From Paraspadella gotoi (taxonomy: Eukaryota > Animalia > Chaetognatha), in assembly GCA_051294375.1 (NCBI GenBank), contig CM119266.1:7774606-7838605 (forward strand): a DNA stretch of 64,000 nt, given 5' to 3'. Shown in pieces: positions 58,301-64,000 of this stretch (positions within the stretch are counted from its first letter, which is position 1; each line of letters opens with the position of its first letter). The notes under the pieces were generated by a model that made no database searches, had not been told where the DNA came from, and saw only the letters and a list, made by a program, of their open reading frames with translations. Both the position numbers and the translations under genes were made by a program.

Positions 58301-61300
58301 AAGCCTTAAACTTAACAGACGCATTCTACGAGTCTCATTAACGCAAATCTCTCCGCTTGAATCTTTCCTCCCAACTTCCTCCCAACTTCCCTTTGCCCCC
58401 CCCCCTTCTTCTCTGCCTAATCTTAACAACTCATCCAATCGGGGCTCCTAACTCGACTTACCCTCGCATATTCCTTCATTACGATGACCGATTCGGCCCA
58501 TGATTTGTCTAATGTGATTTCTTTCGCGCGATCGTATGTCATAAAACGACAACGCTGGTCTTCCTCCCGCGACTCAAACAATATCTGTCTTTCAAACGCT
58601 TCTCCAAATACTTTCACGATCAGTGACTCGACACAACGTCCATCCGCGCCGGTTTTCTTACTCGGTGGCGTCGTCGGCGTCGTCTACGTCGGCGGCGTCT
58701 CGATCTCCGTCTCCTCGGCTCAAACGCCCCGTGTCACCTCTCATCTTTCGTGGGAAGGGAACGACCTTCTCCTCTTGGTTCTCTCAATGTACGGAGAAAG
58801 ATTTAGTCTCGGCCTCGTGTCCGGTGGAATTCCATTTGATCGACGTTACGACCGGCGTTTTTAATCGCGGCTGTCCGCTTAAAATTGTGTTTTCCCCGTT
58901 TGTTTTTAGACAAATTTAAATCTAAATTATAAAACGTTTCTTAAAGATAAATATTTGAAAAAATGGCGAAAAATAAGTGACTTTAAAAAATAAATAAAAG
59001 AAAAAATAAATAACATTATAACATCTAAGATGCCCATAAAAACCGATTTATTTATCAGCAGCCGTTGTAAAAGGGTGCATTTGCCGTGGGTTTGCCAAAC
59101 TGATACGCCCACCCAAGATTCGATTCTCAAGCTTTTATATAAAGCTTGTTTTCAGTTGCCGTGTTCATTTGAATATTGATACCAAGCATGCAACAATAAA
59201 AGCGAGGGTTCTATCGTCTACGTATATTTACTGGGCTAATGAAAAAGTACTACTTATTAACAACCCTCTCTGACTCAATTAATTTAAAAATTTAGGTTTC
59301 AAGCTTCGGCACATATATTAGTAAAAACTTTAAAAAGCATACATGATACAAATTTATGGGGTCCGACGATTGTATCGCTCCATACCAAATTTAAGTAGTT
59401 TGTAACCGGAAATGCGGGCTTCGCTTTCACCTTTTTATTTGCCAGGACGCAGAGTGAAAAGTTGCACTATGATTTGCGATCGCAAATGAAAGAGACGCTA
59501 CCACAATTAACCAATAGTAATACACAATCTAAACGAGAAAAATAATTTTCAAGATGAGCGCCTCTTTACTTTGTGGTCACTCCGTCGTTATTCCGTAATC
59601 ACAGATTAACCCCTACCATTTCCCCACCACCTCACCGCCATTCCATTCACCACTCGCCTCCCACAGCTTCCGAGCCTCGTCGCGACGTCAACGGAGGCTC
59701 CTTAGGTTCTCTCTCCACCTCCACATTGACGGGCGACGCCGAAAACGCCACCGTCGGCGGCGTCGATGCCGGCGGCGCCCGGAACTCTATGGACTTGACC
59801 CCGGTCGGGCCCGGCGACCTCGTCCAGCCGGGCGAGGTCACCGTTCACAAGATCAACGCTCCCGTTGCTGTCGTCTCGCGAACGGGGGAGCAACTGTCAT
59901 CGCCGCTGGAGCAGATGGAGTCAAAGGTGGGTTTGCCTCTACTTTTTTCGCACTGGTTCTTTTGACAATATTACTTTCCTTACTCCTTATTTACCCTCCC
60001 TCTCTTACAGGACGCACAAATCCGCAAACTTCTATCGGAGAAGCAACGCATCCTTGCTGGTGTCCTGCGCATCCCAGCGGAGGAGTTCCCTGCGGCGGCT
60101 GCGGCGGCGGCCGCTGACCTCACTCCTGACGGCCACCGGCAGCCGAAAAATCAGCGGGAGATGGCGCTGGCGGCGTGGCATCAGGGTGAGAGGTGGCGGG
60201 AGATTGAGTTGGGGTTAATTTTGGGAATATTGAGATTTTGTTGATAAATATGTTATTATCATTTATCATTTATTCTTCAGTCGAGCGTCTCACTCTCCTT
60301 TTGAGCGACCATCAGACGTTAGCTGTCGCTTCCGCCTCCTCTCCCCCACCTCCTCTTCCTTCGTCGCATCTCTCTTCAGCCTCCGCCACCGGCCACGCTC
60401 CTGGCCACGCCTCCAAATCGGCGTCGCTCGGGCGCAACGCTTATCTCGTCCCAGACGGAAACTCGAGGAATCGTCACACGTCCTCACCCGCCATCGCCTC
60501 CTCCGACGCAGCAGCCGAGGAGGCTCCGTCTTCGCCGCAGCAGCAGCCTGCCACTCACACCCCGCCTCTCGCCGCCGATGCCGTGCCCGCCCACAAACTC
60601 CTTCCCCTCATCTCTTCCCTTCAAGTGAGTCGCTGGAGTGGGAGGTCGTGGCGTGTTTCGATTTGGATGCTGACCCTTATCTCTCTCTCTCCCTCTCCCC
60701 AGGAAAACCTTTCCAGTTTGTTATCTGTGATGGAGATTTCGCCGTCTTCGCCGGAGGGGGGCGCGTCTCACCGTCGCATGGATCGCGCGGATTCCATTCC
60801 CCCTTACCCCCCGCCGCCGCCACCGGGTAAGTTTCGGAGGATTCAGTTTTGTTAAGCAGTGATTAACCCGACCGAATGTTAATTAAGATGTCAATGTGAT
60901 TCGGTGAATGGAAGGTGTTTTAACCATGTTAAATATTAAATATTATTTTTAACTATTAGTATCGAGATGAAAATCGAACGTTTTTTAAAAAATAAACATT
61001 CTTTGTCTCTCTTTCCCTGTTTGGTATAAACTTAACAATTTTTCGCTTTTGTAGGAGCCACTTTTAGAAAAACATCGATTTAAACTTAAATTTGGTGAAA
61101 TATAATAATTTAATACCATATAAACTTTAACCTTTTGAATTCGGTAGACATGTTACTCCGCGTGTTCGAGCCGCCGCTTATCTTCACTGGTTGGTGAAAT
61201 AATTTGATTATCTTTAGATTCTTTATTGTTACTCACATCGCACGTGGAGAGTAGCGTTTAGGAAAAACGGGGAGACGGCTTATATTGACGCTTTGTAAGA

Positions 61301-62957
61301 GAGACGGCGCACGTCATCGGAAAAATATGGGGTTCGAGTGGTCGAAACGTGTTTCTTTTTAAAAAAAATATTTCGATAATTAAATAACTGCATAAAACGC
61401 AGTTCGGCCAGTTTACGCCAAAAAATGTTTTGTCAAAAACGTTTATCTAAAAATTCCTAGCGATTAGGCTACTGCGTTTTTAATGTCGCTACTTTCGAAA
61501 TTTACTATTTAGTCTGGGCAAAGGATTTTTTCACATAGTATTTTATAAATTGAATTTCTGTTTACGGACACATTTAAAGCTCGCGTTTAGTCAGTGCTCC
61601 GTCTAATATTCGACCTCCTCGTCCCACTTTCCCTCACTAGACGACGCCTCCACCTCCCCTTCCCCCTCTCCCCCCGCCACCTCCTCGGCCCCCGTGGCGC
61701 CGCCGACGCCTTTCGCCGGCGGCTTTCGCGACGGCGCCGCAAAACCATCGGGCGTCGCCCCTCCTCCTCTAGACGCCTCTTCCTCTTCCTCCTCCCCTTC
61801 CCCCATCCCCATCTGTCCTCCGCCACCGAAGGAACTTCTCCTTCCCACGTCGGGCGGCGACGACGCCGACGACGACGAGGATGACGACGAAGATGTGAAG
61901 GTGAGCGGGAGTGGAGGGGACAACAGAGGACGCCACGAAAATAGCTGAACTAAAAGCTTCGACCTAGTTGTACATGGCTTTGGTGTTTTCTTCCCCTTCC
62001 CCGTTTTATTTCTATTCCCATTTTATGATTAAGTAATGATTATAGCGATTTAACCCGTTTTTATTTCTCCACATTTTAATCATTATTTTTGTACCCAACC
62101 TTTTCCTCCTATATTTTCCCTCGCCTTTCCATTCTTTTACCCCATATATTTCCCCGCCTGTTTCTCCCGATTTCATTTCCTTAATTTTCCTTTGGGGGAA
62201 AAACAAAAGACTTCTCATCGGAAGTCGTCGTCGTCCTCGGCCGGCGCCCCTTCTCGGGCACCCTCCCGCCCGGACGGAAGGGGCGCCGCCCGCCGGAACG
62301 GTTCGACCTCGAGCCACGAGTCTCCCGGTCGTGTAGGCAGCGGGGGTGACCCCAAGCGGTCATCTTTGTCGCCCGCTTCGTCGGGCGCCAGGAGACCGTC
62401 GGGTAGGTCCCCCGCCCGGTCTTCTCTTTCCCCGCCGGCGTCGGGCAAAGGCTCCCACCCTTCCTCGCCCCGACCCTCGCCCAAACCCGGTTCTTCTCCC
62501 CTCCCGCAGAGGGGGGCGGTCGCCAACAATCGTTTGGTCATGGAAGAAGGTCAGTTAGAGGCGGCGCTTCAGTTCATTCCGAACAATAAAACTAACTACT
62601 CATTTCATCGTGGGGTTTAATCGTGGATTGGTCTTTTCCGATTGCTTGAACCATTTTTTGAACAATTCTAAAATATATGTATAATGTATATGTTAAAATG
62701 TTGTTAATATTAAATAAATACTTGAGCCGTAACAACCCACCCCTTCTTTCTCAGGCGAAGAAACTTTCGTCGACGACGACGACGACGGAAACGTAGACGG
62801 CGTGGGCTTCGGCTTCTCGGCATCGTCGTCGTCGTCGTCGTCGCGGGCGTCGTTCCCGGCGTCGGCGTTGGACGGCGGCCTTCCTTTCGCGACGCCGCAA
62901 TTAGAGGAGGAAGACAAAGACGACGACGAGTTCGACTCGAACACCACCTACGTTTGA
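41774..62957 (+). CDS. PDZ-RGS(RH)-C1-DH-PH Rho guanine nucleotide exchange factor (ARHGEF11/ARHGEF12, RhoGEF2 type), about 30 exons
   Basis: PDZ QRCVIIQRGEKGYGLTVSGDNPVYVQ|DVKSHGAAARAGVQPGDRIMK|VNGTLVTSSNHVEVV; RH GPFSDFGKLKQYPAHLAVFLRYL..WAYEISSTFL; C1 GHSL..CEQC..LWG..QGFQC..C..NFHKSC; DH QKVINELFHTEMTHVRHL..CRRLQLKDLL..MQRMVKYPILL; PH RKLIHTGSLKW..|KQDDKYVLKC..VATDRRAFFL. The last exon ends NTTYV*. Confidence 0.95.
43057..43107. repeat. Perfect 24-bp inverted repeat with 3-nt loop in a RhoGEF intron
   Basis: CAAATCGCTATCCGTGCTGCCATA-ATG-TATGGCAGCACGGATAGCGATTTG. Confidence 0.95.
45106..48350. repeat. Tandem duplication (45106-46943 and 46942-48350) carrying two RhoGEF cassette exons; probably an uncollapsed haplotype or assembly artefact
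   Basis: Copies differ mostly by 1-3-bp indels plus a ~420-bp deletion in copy 2. Confidence 0.85.
48894..51572 (-). CDS. Probable nested antisense gene of unknown product inside the RhoGEF intron; start codon not located
   Basis: Series of GC-rich minus-strand blocks with AG/GT ends: IKVEEEEADMLREKIANAEAIVASELERIQAAKRNERHEEESEAK|DCIDEDLPRKRSLREARKMRMK.. ; NFGAESGLTVDDDDDDD.. ; ..GIVYSNLL..FADRVLERIVDDGLVAVASWDDQP*. Middle-exon frames are unresolved. Confidence 0.6.
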
Positions 62958-64000
62958 AAAAAGGGCGACCGGAGGAGAAAAGGAGGGGAGGGGGGAAAAG
63001 TTAGAGGGTTAGAAATGGAGATTGCAGGTCGTCGGACGCGTGATAAGACAAAGTAAGCTTCGTAAGGGAACTTGTAAATGTGGAGAAAATTGGCGTTTTG
63101 CTACCGGATCATTTTTCAGTTTCCAAGTTGTTTTTTTTTTTTTTTTTAATTCCTAAAATCATTAACGAAACTCTTTGAAAGTAGATACGAAGATATTTAC
63201 TTGCGTGGTATTTTTGTATCGTTCGTTTTATTCTTTTTCTGGGTGAGGTTTGTTATCTATCACGCGTCCTTATCATGGTCACTTGTCTGTTTTAGTAGTG
63301 CGGAAAAAAGTGGCGAGAGAAAGTGTAAGTTCGTCGTTTATTTTTAACTACTGAAAACAACCGAAAAAAAATGTTCTACAACTTTTTTTTGTTTTGGCTA
63401 CAATTGATTCCAATCTCGACTGATAATTTGGTTTGTGTATGCCTAATTATTTTTTTTTCTATCTGATCTTCTTTTTATTTTGTTTATTAATTGATTAATC
63501 AGCGCGAAATAATGTTAGGGCGGTTTTTTTTATTTTCTCTTTGATTTGTGGGTGAGTAACGAATCTTTTATATATCATGCCGAATAGTCATAATATTGAA
63601 TTTTTTTTGCTTAGACTTAGCCTAGTCATAGAAAATAATTGAAATCAATGAATAGTGAGAGTTCATTGTCGCTACTTTGGAAAGTAACTTCGTATTCGAC
63701 CGCGTATTATCTATATCGATAATTAATTGAAAACTGTGTTATCGTGATATTGATTTTGTAAATTACTGTCCAGATTGCATGTCTCCCATCCGAATCAAAC
63801 TTGTCTATCTGGTAAACTGTTCTCGCAACCTATTTTGTTCACCATTTAATATATATTATCAAAATTGTTACTTTTGTGGTGTGAATTGAAAAAAAGGAAA
63901 TTCTAGAAAGTAAAAGTGAAATAATAAAGATAAAGATATCTTTAAAGTTATCTAGAAAACACTGTTACTTATTTTCAATTACAAAAAACGCAATATTTGT

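Overview
Intron-rich animal (invertebrate-looking) nuclear DNA with GC-rich exons, AT-rich introns, many (GA/TC)n microsatellites and visible assembly problems (an N gap, two near-identical duplications, one noisy stretch). Most ORF-track entries are exon fragments or shadow frames, so I rebuilt genes by hand from splice signals and remembered family motifs; no database search was run. Bases 1-38100 hold nine consecutive minus-strand genes with short stop-to-start gaps: IFT46, a small orphan, an ARL9/10-like GTPase, FAM227B, a TM+Sel1-repeat gene, ERICH2, DCDC1, MORN5 and FBXO15 (truncated at the window edge). Most belong to families associated with cilia or ciliated cells, and four good RFX X-box matches lie in or just upstream of the block. 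All nine tRNA genes (6 Glu, 2 Ser, 1 Val) sit inside introns of this block. Bases 41.8-63 kb hold a divergently oriented PDZ-RGS-C1-DH-PH RhoGEF (ARHGEF11/12, RhoGEF2 type) with a probable nested antisense gene. Mobile relics are a decayed CAC-terminated DNA transposon, a TA-flanked MITE and a solo-LTR-like insertion. The best candidate for an undescribed system is the co-oriented, RFX-marked, tRNA-studded ciliary gene cluster; operon-like behaviour is inference only.
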